Notes: generated by a model not told the origin, from the letters alone. DNA of 64,000 nucleotides from Phoronis australis (GCA_002633005.1 NMRA01000025.1:1568548-1632547); one strand, 5' to 3'. Numbered from the stretch's first letter, positions 28,601 through 43,600 are shown. Made by a program: numbers and translations.

Positions 28601-31600
28601 CCCTCTGGAAAAATATCAGTATAAACCAAGGCATATTAATGAACCAATTTCAGAGTTACTTACTATCTATTATTTTGACAAGCTCCTATAAATCATTGCT
28701 CGATTCGATTTCCCACAAAAATGTGCTTTTCTGCTAATGTAGCGAACTAACTCAAACGTAAAACCCTACTGTGCTCAAAATTATCGATAAAACAGTGTAT
28801 GAGATATCAATACACTCAGTCTTCTGGACATTTGGAACAGTGGCTTTCATGAGTGTTCCTAGAACACTTAAAACATTACTTCAACCTATTAATTAGCAAG
28901 TGCAGAGCTTGCAAAATACAACTTTGTGGATGCACATCGCAAGTGAATGAGATCAAGATATTTTTTAAAACAAAAACGTTTCAATTACATATCATGACCC
29001 TTGACTGTGACCAACATTGGCAAGTATCTGGCACTAACATGAGGCTATTTCAACCCAGATATTGGAATAGAAATGGACAGTCACATCAAGTTATCAAAAA
29101 TTTTGCACGTCTCGGGTTTTTTCTGAATCAAATAACCACGGGGCAATTTAGCACTTGAAATTTCTTGTGAAATTTTTATATTTAAAAAAGGTTTGTACTG
29201 ACAATAATTGCACTCATTGTATACTTCTGTCGAGTTCAGAAGGATTACAATTCACTGGTCCATGGCCAAATAATAATTTCTGAAGTGCTTAGTAATTTAC
29301 AGCGCTACATAAATCTGGCCTTGTTATAATTATTGCTTTTGCTTCTAGCATTTTAATTTTCTTTAACTAGGTCCAAAACATCAACATGACATCACACTAA
29401 ACAAGCGAATTGCCAACGCATAACATAATGAAACAAAATGTTGCCATATTTTGAAATATGAAATCAATAAACCACACTTTATGAAAAACATACCTCAAAT
29501 ATGTAAGAGGTAATCTGCGTTCCTGATGTAGCCTCCGTGCCGTAGACTTCCAACTCATCAATATCATCCAACTGTGAAATGTCCGAGGCTGAAAATAGTA
29601 AAAACATAACAGATATGTTTTATTAAAAGTTTTCAAAATGATCTTGTACTCATTTGTGTTAACATTACTTTAATAAAAACAACTTGTTTTTAATTGTGAC
29701 ATGTTTCATGATAACCGTCCAATATCTTCAGATGCTAACTGGCACTGTGCAATTCCTGCTTTTGTTGTAACTCTATGCTGAACAGATAACTTTCCTGTGC
29801 CATTCCTGCTTTTGTTGTAACTCTATGCTGAACAGATAACTTTCATGTGCTATTCCTGCTTTTGTTGTAACTCTACTGAACAAATTTTCATTGTATGCAG
29901 CTTTGTTGAGCTCGTCACTTGAGAATAAACTCCTGAAGATGTGGGACGGTTCCCATGAAACATATAACATTCACAAACCGATTGTTGTTTTTATTAGAAA
30001 ACATTAGAAATGGTAGTAAAAACAAAAATATAAAAAATATAGTACAAAGCTCAAAGTACAAAAGCAAAACAGCAACAAAATAGTTAATGCACACAGTGCC
30101 ATACCCATCCAATCCCCCATTGTGTCCAGTCTTTTCTTCTTAGATGGTGGTTCTTTGTTGTTTGTAGCCGTGTCCTGTTGACAAAACAAAATCACCTAGT
30201 AAATATCCTTCCTTACTGTAGTTCAGAACAGTAGTCGTTCTCCGTCAAGTTTAGTTTTGAGGTCACATACGATCTTAATGACAAGTGCGTGAATTCACCC
30301 AGTACCTACAAAACTATATATTTTAAATCAGAAAAAGTTCATATATTCTGAAAGTAAAAGCCCGTAGAATTTGATTTTTGACTTTTCACCAATCTGCCAT
30401 TGATTGAGTCAGGAGATCATTAACTTTCTTTTCAATAAAATGTAGCGAAAAAGAAGGAACAATAATAAACAACAACAATACCATGACCAAATTTCGTTAA
30501 TATTTAAGATGAAACCTGAAAAATGCTGTAACATTTTTCTAAATTATATTTCGATTTTGTTTTGAGCAATTTTTTATTTTTTTCATGAAAATCATAAAGG
30601 TCCAACGATATGGTAGCCAACCATAGAAAAGAGGACCATTTTAAAGACAATTCCTTTCGCTTCACTAACTTATAAACAACTAATAGTCACCCCAGAGTGG
30701 TTCCATTTCACAACTGCACTTGTCCATGCCTGAACTCGTAATTAAATTACATTACAAATCAGTTATCTATCGACAAATTGGATTAAACTAAACACCAGCC
30801 AACAAACCCATGACTTCCTAATCATACCGTAACAGTACTTAAGACGTCCCCTCCCTCTGTGGCCTTCTCAGTGTACTTCAAAAGGAGTGAGTTACCAAGT
30901 CTGGATCCCAGGAACAGATAGCCCTCTTCACACATGCACATCTAGTGGAGGGAAGGTTTTATACAGTATACAGCTGAGCAACACATCACTTGAAAACTTT
31001 ATAGGGGTCTATGCGTATGTGACAATCCTAAGTAAGCAAACTAAAGCCATATTCTATTGTACGTAATGTTTCAATTATTCAGAGTTCAATGATCTACAAA
31101 TGACCAATGGTAGAAATGTTGATAAAAACAGTAGGAAACAAACACATTCAACTGATATAGGAAAGCAGATCAGTTTCAAAATTGATTTTACTAAATTGCA
31201 TTATCAGTTTTGCAAACAACCTCTCATGAAAAACAATATTTCATTTCTAATTTTGATTATGCATGGTACTTAAACAGTTTTCATAGGATAAACTCAGTCC
31301 ATTACTCACACAAGTAGTCAAAACACTGGCTGCTGCCTTGTCAAAGTTGAATCCCCGCACACACCTCATTCCATCCACCAGGAGAGTGAGGACATATCTA
31401 AAATCAAATTCAACACATTGTACATTAGTACCAATATCAGCATCAATATCAGCATCAATATCAGTATCACTATCACTACACCTCAATCGTCAAATAACGG
31501 TTGCATCATATTAGTATCAGAATGAGTATCAAGATCAGTACCACACTACTCAAAACACCAGCTGATTACCTTTACAAAAATATATTTCTATTCTAGATGC

Positions 31601-34600
31601 AGTCAATGCATAACTACCAAAATTGCATTGTTCGTAACCTATGAACTTGAGAAAGATTTTTTTCAGAGCGGGCACACTTACAGTTCCCCACCCTTCAGGG
31701 ACATGACTATTTTGTCATCGTCTATAAATGCAGCCTTACAGCAGTCCAAGGCCATTCTGACACCATCTTGTTTTCCTGCAAACAAGAACAACCAGCTCTC
31801 ACAAGGTAATCTTTAAAATTTGACGAACGATACAAAATAAAAGTAAAAGTAAAGTAGCACGAGATTAAGCCTATGTAAAACTAGACATCAGTCTTGTCTC
31901 CCTTTAAATGCATAATAAACAAATTTACAGATACACCACACTTCAGCATCATGTTCATAAATTTGACTACACTTGGTGCCACATAATATCTTTCAAGAAG
32001 GATTTGTAAAAGGGACATTACGAGCAATAATGAAATTCAGTGTTAAACTGAACACAAACAGGACTTAGCCTCTCAACAGAAACAGGACTTAGTCTGAATG
32101 TTTGCCTACTTAAATCATCACTGAATGTACAGAGCATCGAAGTCTCATAAATGGAGCTCTCTTATCAATTCTATGCACTGAAGGTAAATTTCAAAACACA
32201 TGAGAGATTTAAAAATAAGAAAAGCACAAAACTTACTACATATGTGAGTATATGGATGAGTTTCGTGTAATAAGTAATAAGCAAGACTCACTGAGAGGGA
32301 AGTTGGTGGATCCATCAGTGATGCTGTTCAATGACACTCCATATGGTGGAACACTCTGATTCAGGTATAACAATGAGTTGACAGCCAGAACTAGGGCGCC
32401 ACCTGTAGGAATGAACTATTTCTTGAAACTTGGGCTACATTTCATAACTTGACTCTAATGTAAATACATTTAATGTAAGTCATATATTCATTTTTAGGCA
32501 ACAGAAATGTTTGTGGGTCTTTGATAAATGTGCACTTAAAGGCACACACCTTAGAGTTTTGCCAACTGTTACAAGCTAAACCAGAAGCAGTTCACATTTA
32601 GTTGTAAATTCAACTTTCAAGCCGATTATTTACACTTGGAGCTTCACAATAAGAAAAATAATGAGGCTCTTGAAACTCGATTTGAAGAGCAACTGAAAAA
32701 ACACTTGGCTAACACATCAACATCAACATGGTATCAACACGCATCACAGGTCAAGGTCATGACACATTGCGATCTACATAGGTACATCATGCCCGCTAAT
32801 ACCATACATACCTATAGGCTTGGGCACAGCTATAGCCTGTTGACAGTCAAATGGCAGTTGGTCTATGGACCAAATAATGGGATGAAGTTTCTCTTGCATG
32901 TTGAGTGAGATGGCAGCAATACAGCACGTGTCCATGCGGACGGCTATCCTCCTGTTTCATACAGGTAAAGCACTTCATTAACATGAGAATACAGTTTGTA
33001 CACCAGGTAAGACATAAGCAGCCAATTTCATAGAGGTGGTTTAACAAAACCAGGTTTAATACTTAAACCTGGTCTTCCTAAACCTGGTCTAATTTTAGAC
33101 CTAACTTCCATTTCACCAACATGTTTAAAAGTTCGATAGCCTGGTATTGTTAAACCATGAAGCCCGTTCGGTAAAACTAGGTTTAAAGTATCCAAGCCAC
33201 CCTAGAGAGTTGATCCGGATTAACTCAACAAAGAAACTATTGAAGTGTTTCAATGAAACCTTGATCACATGGGTACACAATGGCACACAGCAGTAGAATC
33301 AGTGCAGACATTTGTGAAAAAGGGCTAGAACTTTTTCTCATGAGGAAAAATGTTCCCTCCCAAAACTGATCAGAGAAAAAGCCAATGTCATAGTCGAGAA
33401 CAAGAAAATTGGTGCCAAATCTAGTCAACGTAAGCAGTAGATTTGGAGAGAAATTGATCCAGAATAAAGGCCAGAAAGAAAATTTCATCAGTGAAAAAAT
33501 TGCAAAGAAAAATGGCAAGGGACCCAGTGGCAGATCTAGGATATCATGAGGAGATAATTTTCATTTTGTATCGGCTGTGTCCAACACAAGTATACACATT
33601 AAAGTACTTGCTCACAATTAAACGCAACATAGTAAATGCACACATTCATTTCCAAGTAATTTTACTTTTTTGCGGCAAAGGGGGGCACATGAGCAGATCC
33701 AGGATTTTGAGTTAGGGGAGCCAGGGCAGAATATTAGCCAGGATTTTGCCCATCAGACATTTGCATCCCCGAACTGCCAAATGGAATCTGGGCAAATTTC
33801 AGGAGGGTCATGGCCCCCTTGGCCCCCCCTCTAAATCCACCACTGGGGCAGGATCCATGCCCGGCAACTGTATATCGGTGACCACTTGAGATGGAACTCG
33901 GCCACAACAATCATTAGATCAGGGCTTGGAATGACCAATGACACAAAACGCGGAAACTTTTACGGCCCAAGTCATGCCCGATAACCAGCCTTTGAAATGG
34001 TCAATGTGAACCTTTCCGCGACAAAAATCTGGAGGACTAAAAAAAAAAAAAAAAAAAACGTTACCACCATCAGTAGCATGCGTCTGCGTCCTTTTAGCTC
34101 GCCCGTCCACTCCCAACCCACACAATTTTGGCTGCAGAGCGGTAGTATTTGTCGCCGCGCTTAACAATAACACGAGCCGCCATTGAAAATCACACCACGC
34201 TTTACCCAAATGCCCCGGCAATGTTGACAATTTACGTTCCTCCGAAACAAGAGCAACTTCCGCTTTCCGAGGTGAACGTCGTCTGCAACGCCGCGGTAAG
34301 AAAGGATTTGCAGCGGAAATTTCATATCAAATCCGATTTTTTTACGCGGAAATATTATACAAAAAGCGGAAAGCACATTTCAAAAAAGCGGAAATCCGCG
34401 TTTCCGCGGAAAATTCCAAGCCCTGTTAGATGCCTTTTTAGTCAGATGCGTAGCACTTACAATGATGACGCTCTGCTCGAACCGTCACATTCTGAGAAAA
34501 TACAAAGGGCACCCTTCAGTATGTATTGGTCTTCGTATATGCGGATCCAGGGGTTCAAGGGGTCTGGACCACTTTTTCCCCTTGATTTTAGTGATATCAA

Positions 34601-37600
34601 ATCTATAATTTCCAAATTGTTGACCCAGGCCCTCCTTTTAAAAATCCTTGATCCGACCCCTCCCCCCTCTTTAAAAGTTCTTGGTCCCCTCTGTTACGTT
34701 TATCTTGGGGCGTCCTAAAACTGAATATTGAAAATAGTCCGTTCTCGCTCTTTAAATGCGTTGTAAATGCACACCACAGCATCATTCAGTTGCACCTATG
34801 TGGTATCATACAAGTCTGCCATATTTAATAGTATTAAACCTGGGTCTGACCAAGTCTAAAGTTAAACCTGGTTTAAGATCTTAATACAAGTCTAAGTAAT
34901 ATATACCTCATTGGTGAAATGAAAACTGACTTAGACCAGGTCTAAACTGGAGTTAAAACAGGTTTTACTAAACCACTGGTCTAAAAGTTAAACTACCTTT
35001 ATGAAATGCAGATTATCTTTAAACCTGGTCTAAGTCCACTTTAAACTAGGTTTAACTTTAAACCACATTTATGAAATCAGCTGAAGAGGTTTAAACCAAT
35101 AAGATTCAGACGTATAATTGAATGCCCACACATTCCTTGGATATAATAAGTGTCCCAACCCATTCTGTTAGCAGTTTTCATATCTTTTTGATACTGTGAA
35201 CAATTGCAAAATCAAAACACAACACATAATAACAATATTTCTTAATGTAACAGCTAAAGGTGGATTATTAAGAACATACCGTTAACTTGCAGGTTAATGC
35301 CCTAGACGCTTAAATTGGGAAACCTTGAGACAGAAGGTGAGCGATTACCCAAGCCATGGGCGCTTAAAATGAAAAATTGGCAAAAAGTCGGGGGTGGGCA
35401 ATTACCCAAGCAGTGGGCGCTTACATCCAAGTTTTAGCCGAACTGGGCAAGCTCGCGGGGTGTTCATTCCTGGACGGAACTTGTAAGTTCAGTCAAACAG
35501 CGGAACCCGACAACCACAAAGATTCTTACGGATCAAACAGAAACAGGATTTCGACTATGTTTGAAGTTGAAAATTAATGCGACAGCGATACGCAACAGAT
35601 CAGGCCTAATATTTGCGAGGCGAACTCGTCAAACTTGTACGCATGAATAGCAGCACAGTCTGATCGAGATTATTATTTCTCACTGCGAGTTTACTGACGT
35701 GTAACTAATAATGAGTCTGCGTACAAATATGTGGGCCATAAAAATGCAAGGGAAGGGGTGGAGAAAAAATGAAATAACTGCATGCTCCGTGGTCGCCACC
35801 AAGTTAGCGTCGTATAGAGGCATTCCTGAAAGCTCCTGTGGGTAATTCCCGGTACGGGTTTTTAACATTTTTTCTTTCACCTACAGCCAGAATACCGGGG
35901 CGGCCGTAACATAAAATCAGGGCAACAAATCAGTAACTTAATTGGTAGGTTTTAAAAAAATTGCACTGGGTGCATGTTTGGAGCACACGACCCAAGACTA
36001 TCGTGGTTCAAGGAATGGGAGGACATTCATTTGGTTGGCTATCAATATCAATTTATGCACCCAAAACACTTCTGTGTCCTGTGCGGTTGTCATCAAAAAT
36101 TACGCCACATCGTCACAAGGGGGCGTCCACATTTAATCTCTGAATGATGACTAATCTCGTAGTAGACAAGCGCCACTTCTATTAAAATCTACGGACTAGG
36201 CCTATATTGATTTAACAAAAGATCAGTTGATAAGTTTAAAAAAGGCATTTGCAGCGCTTGAGTTATTCGACAAACGTCACCTGAAAAACATACTTTTCAA
36301 GACGTATGTAAGCAGGTGTAAGCACACGGTATTTCCGCAAACACGGAAGTCTGTGACGGAGGTGAAGCTGTGAATAAAAGCACGAGTTCAAGTGCAAGTT
36401 CTGTAACCGGTAAGTTGGGATGGGCGATTGCCCAAGCACAAGGCGCTTAAACTGAAAATTGACAAAAAGTCGGGGAGGGGCGATTACCCGGGCATGGGCG
36501 TAAACCCGCGAGTTTACGGTATCTCAATTTTCCACAGAACCTCTACTTTCCACCAAAAAGACACTCATACTTAAATTTGGCCTAGGCGAGTAGGGCATGG
36601 TGCGATTCTCTAGCACAAAATACTGGCAACGTTCAGAAAAAACTTTCATTTGAAGCTGCATTCAAGACAACTTTCAATAGAATTAACAGAGTGAGTACAA
36701 AGTGACAAGCAAATAATGTAAGTTAATGAATCAATCCCCTATGATCTGTACTCCTAACTCATGTTCAATCAACCAATCAAGAATCCCCATTAATCAACCA
36801 TACCCAGTCCATGTCCTGATTGGCTCATACAAGATGAAGACCGTGGGTTCGTAGTAACCATGCAAGAACTGAATATCCTGAACATTGGTGATTTTTTCGT
36901 CCAGATGGCGAAGGTCGATGTGATATGAGGACATGAACGGAGATTTACTGAAAGACAGTGATATTTTGAGAAATAAAACACGTGATGCTACTCAGGAAGA
37001 ATTTCGCAAAAAGATAGTTTCACAATATATTATCATTATTATGGAAAAAACAGGTGCCACACATGGGAAGGGCCATACTAAGACACGCATCATATTATCA
37101 ACAGCTGAAGGTTTAACACAAATTTTGTTACCACGGAATCGTCCTGTTTAGTCAAGTTAATTTCCCAAATCATTTTTGAGATCACACAATAACAACTATA
37201 TTAAATTTGACAGCTGTGAAACTCGGGTAATTCATTCTTTTCATGAGATGAGAAGTATTGCCGCAAGTGCAGCCAGATAATCTTTATTAACAGCTGCAAG
37301 GGCAATACCACACACAGTTCATAGTACAATACCACACACAGTTCATAGTACAATACCACACACAGTTCATAGTACAATNNNNNNNNNNNNNNNNNNNNNN
37401 NNNNNNNNNNNNNNNNNNNNNNNNNNNNNNNNNNNNNNNNNNNNNNNNNNNNNNNNNNNNNNNNNNNNNNNNNNNNNNNNNNNNNNNNNNNNNNNNNNNN
37501 NNNNNNNNNNNNNNNNNNNNNNNNNNNNNNNNNNNNNNNNNNNNNNNNNNNNNNNNNNNNNNNNNNNNNNNNNNNNNNNNNNNNNNNNNNNNNNNNNNNN

Positions 37601-40600
37601 NNNNNNNNNNNNNNNNNNNNNNNNNNNNNNNNNNNNNNNNNNNNCCCCCCCCTTTAAAAGTTCTTGGTCCTCTCTGTTACGTTTATCTTGGGGCGTCCTA
37701 AAACTGAATATTGAAAATAGTCCATTCTCGCTCTTTAACTGCGTTGTAAATGCACACCACAGCATCATTCAGTTGCACCTATATCGTACAAGTCTGCCAT
37801 ATTTAATAGTATTAAACCTGGGTGTGACCAAGTCTAAAGTTAAACCTGGTTTGAGATCTTAATACAAGTCTAAGTAATATGAAAACTGACTTAGACCAAG
37901 TCTAAACTGGAGTTAAACCAGGTTTTACTAAACTGGTCTAAAAGTTAAACCACCTTAAGATTATGAAATGCAGATTATCTTTAAACCTGGTCTAAGTCCA
38001 CTTTAAACTAGGTTTAACTTTAAACCACATTTATGAAATCAGCTGAAGAGGTTTAAACCAATAAGATTCAGAGGTACAATTGAATGCCCACACATTCCTT
38101 GGATCTAATAAGAGTTCCAACCCATTCTGTTAGCAGTTTTGAAAACTGCTAACAGAATGGGTTGAAACTCTTATTTCATATCTTTCTGATACTGTTAACA
38201 GTTGCGAAAATCAAAATACAACACATAATAACGATATTTCATAATTTAACAGCTAAAGGTGGATTATTAAGAACATACCGTTAACTTGCAGGTTAATGCC
38301 CTAGACGCTTAAATTGGGAAACCCTGAGACAGGGGGTGAGCGATTACCCAAGCAATGGGCGCTTAAAATGAAAAATTGGCAAAAAGTCGGGGGTGGGCAA
38401 TTACCAAAGCAGTGGGCGCTTACATCCAAGTTTTAGCCGAACTGGGCAAGCTCGCGGGGTGTTCATTCCAGGACAGAACTTGTAAGGTCAGTAAAACAGC
38501 GGAACCCGACAACCACAAAGTTTCTCACGGCTCAAACAGAAACAGGATTTCGACTTTGAAAGGGTGATTTCAAGAGAACGTTGCTAAAAACTCTGATGTT
38601 TTCAAATATATTAGCACGCTGCAAAACGTCATACCACGGAGCTTCATGAAACTCGAATTGCAGTCCACTTACTATGTCAGCAAGTACTGTTTCAGATCAG
38701 TGAATGGGACTACAATTCATTTCCTGCAGCATTGTATTATTAATGTTGTTTCTACGACAGTGTTGGGTTGGAACCCTTCCGGTCCCATCTCATCCTGGTT
38801 AATGTTGTCTGCTTATTAAACCCGATAAACTTTCGATTCACTGTTTAGTTTATCTGGTGCTGGATTACAAACACGGACGATTCGTTTCCGGCCGACACAA
38901 ATCATTTGCAATTACGAGGGGGGGTGTGAATAATTGCTCAATTCAAACCTGGGTTTACCCAGGAGATAAATCTATCAAAATCACGTGCTCTATGCAAGCA
39001 ATTACAACAAGAGGGAAGTCAATTAATTGCTAAATTCCAAACCTGGGTCAACCCATGAGAAAAGTCTAGCAGAATCACATGCTCCGTCTGAAAATACACG
39101 GCCATGTTTCAAAGTTTTACCTGTTCTCGCCAAACACTCAAAAACTTGCTCTACTGAACTCAAAAAAGCATAAGAAATGGTGCATTACACAAAAAAAATT
39201 AGATTAGGTAATTCGAAAACTTGTCACCTATACAAACCTACGTCGGTGATGACCAAGACGTTGTAGGCCTAATTTTGTGCCCACTGTCATGCCACCATCG
39301 TCCCCAGTAGGCTTCTATCAGCTGGTTTCCCTGTTCTAAAGTATAAGTGCGGTGGTATTGTCAGTGATTTTTCTTGTTGTGTTTGTAAAATAAGTTTATC
39401 GTATTCTCGTTGACCTCTTGTGATTTCTTCCCAGTTGCAACAGAACAGCTACGATAAAAGGCAGCGCACACATTGGATAGCGTGCAAATACTTTGAGTTT
39501 TGTCAACAGCTATTAATATACGAGTTCCATTCACGCTGCCACACAGCGCACTGAAAACACCCATACCCATTTATTAGCACAAACATTTTGTGTATTCATG
39601 GGTTATTAGCTGATTAGTGCCTTTCTCTCCAGCATATCTGAACACTGTTTTCTTGTCTGAAGTTGAAAATTGATGCGTGAATAACAGCACAGTCTGATCG
39701 AGATTATTATTATTATTTCTCACTGCGAGTTTACTGACGTGTAACTAATGATGAGTCTGCATATAAATATGTGGGCCATAAAAATGCAAGGGAAGGGGTG
39801 GAGAAAAAATGAAATAACTGCATGCTCCGTGGTCGCCACCAAGTTAGCGTCGTATAGAGGCATTCCTGAAAGCTCCTGTGGGTAATTCCTGGTACGGGTT
39901 TTTAACATTTTTTCTTTCACCAACAGCCAGAATACGGGGGCGGCCTTAACATAAAATCAGGGCAACAAATCAGTAACTTAATCGGTAGGTTTTAAAAAAA
40001 TCGCACTGGGTGCATGTTTGCAGCACACGACCCAAGACTATCGTGGTTCCAGGAATGGGAGGACATTCATTTGGTTGGCTATCAATATCAATTTATGCAC
40101 CCAAAACATTTCTGTGTCCTGTGCGGTTGTCATCAAAAATTACGCCACATCGTCACAAGCGAGCGTCCACATTTAATCTCTGAATGACGACTAATCTCGT
40201 AGTAGACAAGCGCCACTTCTATTAAAATCTACGGACTAGGCCTATATTGATTTAACAAAAGATCAGTTGATAAGTTTTAAAAAGGCATTTGCAGCGCTTG
40301 AGTTATTCGACAAACGTCACTTGAAAAACATACTTTTCAAGACGTATGTAAGCAGGTATTTCCGCAAACACGGAAGTCTGTGACGGAGGTGAAGCTGTCA
40401 ATAAAAGCACGAGTTCAAGTGCAAGTTCTGTAAGCGGTAAGTTGGGGATGGGCGATTACCCGAGCACGGGGCGCTTAAACCGAAAATTGACAAAAAGTCA
40501 GGGATGGGCGATTACCCGGGCATGGGCGTAAACCTGCGAGTTCACGGTATCTCAATTTTCCACAGAATCTCTACTTTCCACCAAAAAGGCACTCATACTT

Positions 40601-43600
40601 AAATTTGGTCTAGGCCAGTAGGGCATGGTGCGATTCTCTAGCACAAAATACTGGCAACGTTCAGATAAAAACTTCCATTTGAAGCTGCATTCAAGACAAA
40701 TTCCAATAGAATTAACAGTACAAAGTGTCAAGCAAATAATATAAGTTAATGAATCAATCCCCTATGACCTGTAATCCTAACTCATGTTCAATCAACCAAT
40801 CAAGAATCCCCATTAATCAACCATACCCAGTCCATGTCCTGATTGGCTCATACAAGATGAAGACCGTGGGTTCGTAGTAACCGTGCAAGAACTGAATATC
40901 CTGAACATTGGTGATTTTTTCGTCCAGATGGCGAAGGTCGATGTGATATGAGGACATGAACGGAGATTTACTGAAAGACAGTGATATTTTGAGAAATAAA
41001 ACACGTGATGCTACTCAGGAAGAATTTCGCAAAAAGATAGTTTCACAATATATTATCATTATTATGGAAAAAACAGGTGCCACTAAGGACCATACTAAGA
41101 CACGCATCATATTATCAACAGCCGAAGGTTTAACACAAATTTTGTTACCATGGAATCGTCATGTTTAGTCAATTTTCCAAATCATTTTTGAGATCGCAAA
41201 ATAACAACTATTATAATATTAAATTTGCCAGCTGTATAACTCGGGTAATTCATTCTTTTCATGAGATGAGAAGTATTGCCGCAAGTGCAGCCATAAAATC
41301 TTTAACAGCTGCAAGGGCAATACCACACACAGTTCATAGTACAATACCACACACAGTTCACAGTACAATACCACTACTGATGCACCCCACTGAAAGCCAG
41401 TGCAACTGCTGGCAGTGAATACAATGCACACATACCTCCCTGACATGTCTTGTTCATCAACTGCAACGTCACGACGGAATGGTAAAACGACGAGACGAGA
41501 GCCATAGATGAGCATGACCACACAGCGACCATCAGGGTCGACACGAATTTGTGGCAGATGAACATTCTTAAAGATACTGTCCTGCAATGACCAGCAAGAG
41601 CAAACCATAATCTTGAGATGACTGGGATAAGATAGCTCAACATCAGACGGTCATATTTCCAATTCCTCCTTTCAGGAGAAGTGCTTTTTACCAATGTCCA
41701 AATACAATAAATACAACATGAAGCAAAGTGACAAAAGCAAATTTCCATTAGGAAACACCCTTATACTGAAAACACTGAAAGTATGATATGTCAAGGCAAT
41801 TTCTCCAAACACAAGAAGCATTATTAAATCAAAGCTATCACTGACTACAAAATTTTTGGTGTACTGTCGTCTGCTTGCTTTGTTTACACGGTCAGGAGTT
41901 GGATTTCTGCTGCCTGTAATTGGTCAGATCACGAGTAGCAACATCTGACATCCGGGGGACAAAAACGACAAGTGATGTCTCATGTCTAGCCGGTCAACAT
42001 CACCTCAAAACGGAAGTGATGCTACTGCATTATAGCCAAACGGAGGACAGAAGAAACAGTGGTCATCTAATAAAATAGTATGAAGACTATTATATTATAA
42101 ACTTATGGAACAGCAAATGGGGAAATTACCTTTAATTCTTCATCTTCAAAGTAATGAAGTGACAATGTTTTCAAATCATCAGTGGCTTGGTCATACTCAA
42201 TTAATGACAACTGAAAAGACACATAGCCAGACCATTAAACAACATCATCAGGCACCGTGGGGTTCACAATGGGAGGTAACAACAAGCAACAGCAACTGAT
42301 CATGTGGAGCAGACAACCCATGTTCCCAAGTTGTACAAGAGGGTACTCCTTACCTCCCAAAGATTGACAAAGGGAAGACTTGTGACTTGAACAGAGAGCT
42401 GTTTATGGTAAACATCCCTTAAAGTGCTCTGTTATCCATTATCAACATTCTGATGTGGATTTTCATGGAACAGTGAAACATGCTCACAGTGCCTGATACA
42501 CGACATTTGTCAAGTGATTATTCGAGGGCTGGTTTAGATGAGGTCTCCCCTCTCAACAAAGAACAAAACTGATTTGAACACAATCCTTGTTTTTTCAGAA
42601 ATACTAAGTTAACTAACGCAGGCATATTTTAAACAAAGGATTCAACACAGGATTCAACATAGGATTCAACATAGGATTTAACATAGGATTCAACATAGGA
42701 TTCAAGACATGAAATACAAAAAATGTGAATGTGATCCGTATTTGAAGTAGCCAATGTGGTAGCCGAGACCACAAATTTCAAACAATGTTTCAAAATATTT
42801 CCTCCCTAACTTTGTGAATGCACAATAAGTTGGTGTTATCTGAATCACATAATAAACAAACTTTTAAAACGCCTTATCCATTTGTAACCCACAACTTTAA
42901 AGTTGTCCTGTCAGCTGGGAAGTGATGAGAAACATCCTACATTATTGGATGCCGTTTGCTATATTTCAAAAACACACAACTTGAACACAAAAATAAAAGA
43001 CTACCATAAAAGCAAGCACAATGTGTTTTTTTAACACAGACTTACCCTAGAACAAGTTACTCCTGGAACGATTTGTCGCTGGGTTTGGAGCTGTCCAGAG
43101 GCTATTTAAACTAGTGCAACTTGCCACACTTGCGACAGCTTACTCCCTCTTATTGAGGTGGGGAAACTTGATCTAGGGTAATTTGTGCCACTTCTAATCG
43201 CTATGTGGCCGCAAACTTGGGGCAACGCGAAAGTAATTACATGTATCAGCTGTGGTTACATACACATATTCTTTTTCACGCCATATTCTTATCTGACAGC
43301 TGTTCATTTTCAGCAACAACTTCCACTAGTTATCAGATGTACGTTTATGTGTGTGTGTGTGTTCGTGTGTTTGTGTGCGTGTTTGTGTGTGTTTGTGTGT
43401 GCGTGTGTGTGGATGGGACTTTAGGGCTCGTCTAAGCGGGTATATATTTTTTTCATTTACCTTATGCATGCTATTTTCTATAATTTTGTTGTGAACCGTA
43501 CCAACAAGACAGAACATCACAGAAAAATAATAACTACTCAAATTAGGAAACTCAGACCTTGGCATCCATAAACGCCAACAGGAGGCAGTCTCTGCTGAAA

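Larger units (their letters stand above)
34660..41372. repeat. ~2.7-3.7 kb tandem duplication across an N-gap, including one CPSF1 exon
   Basis: 34660-37378 is repeated at 37645-41372 with SNPs and indels; the N-gap spans 37379-37644. Confidence 0.85.

Noticed and set aside
32037-32121. Possible intronic C/D snoRNA on the minus strand (GTGATGA...CTGA)
   Set aside because: There is no convincing terminal stem outside the boxes and no rRNA/snRNA guide I recognise, and the interior is a small direct repeat. snoscan or Infernal would settle it.
34149-34718. 189-aa plus-strand ORF
   Set aside because: It has a non-ATG start, runs across the end of a MITE into unrelated repeat sequence, and shows no recognisable domain.
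37367-37768. 133-aa ORF with an X run
   Set aside because: It is an artefact of translating through the N-gap.
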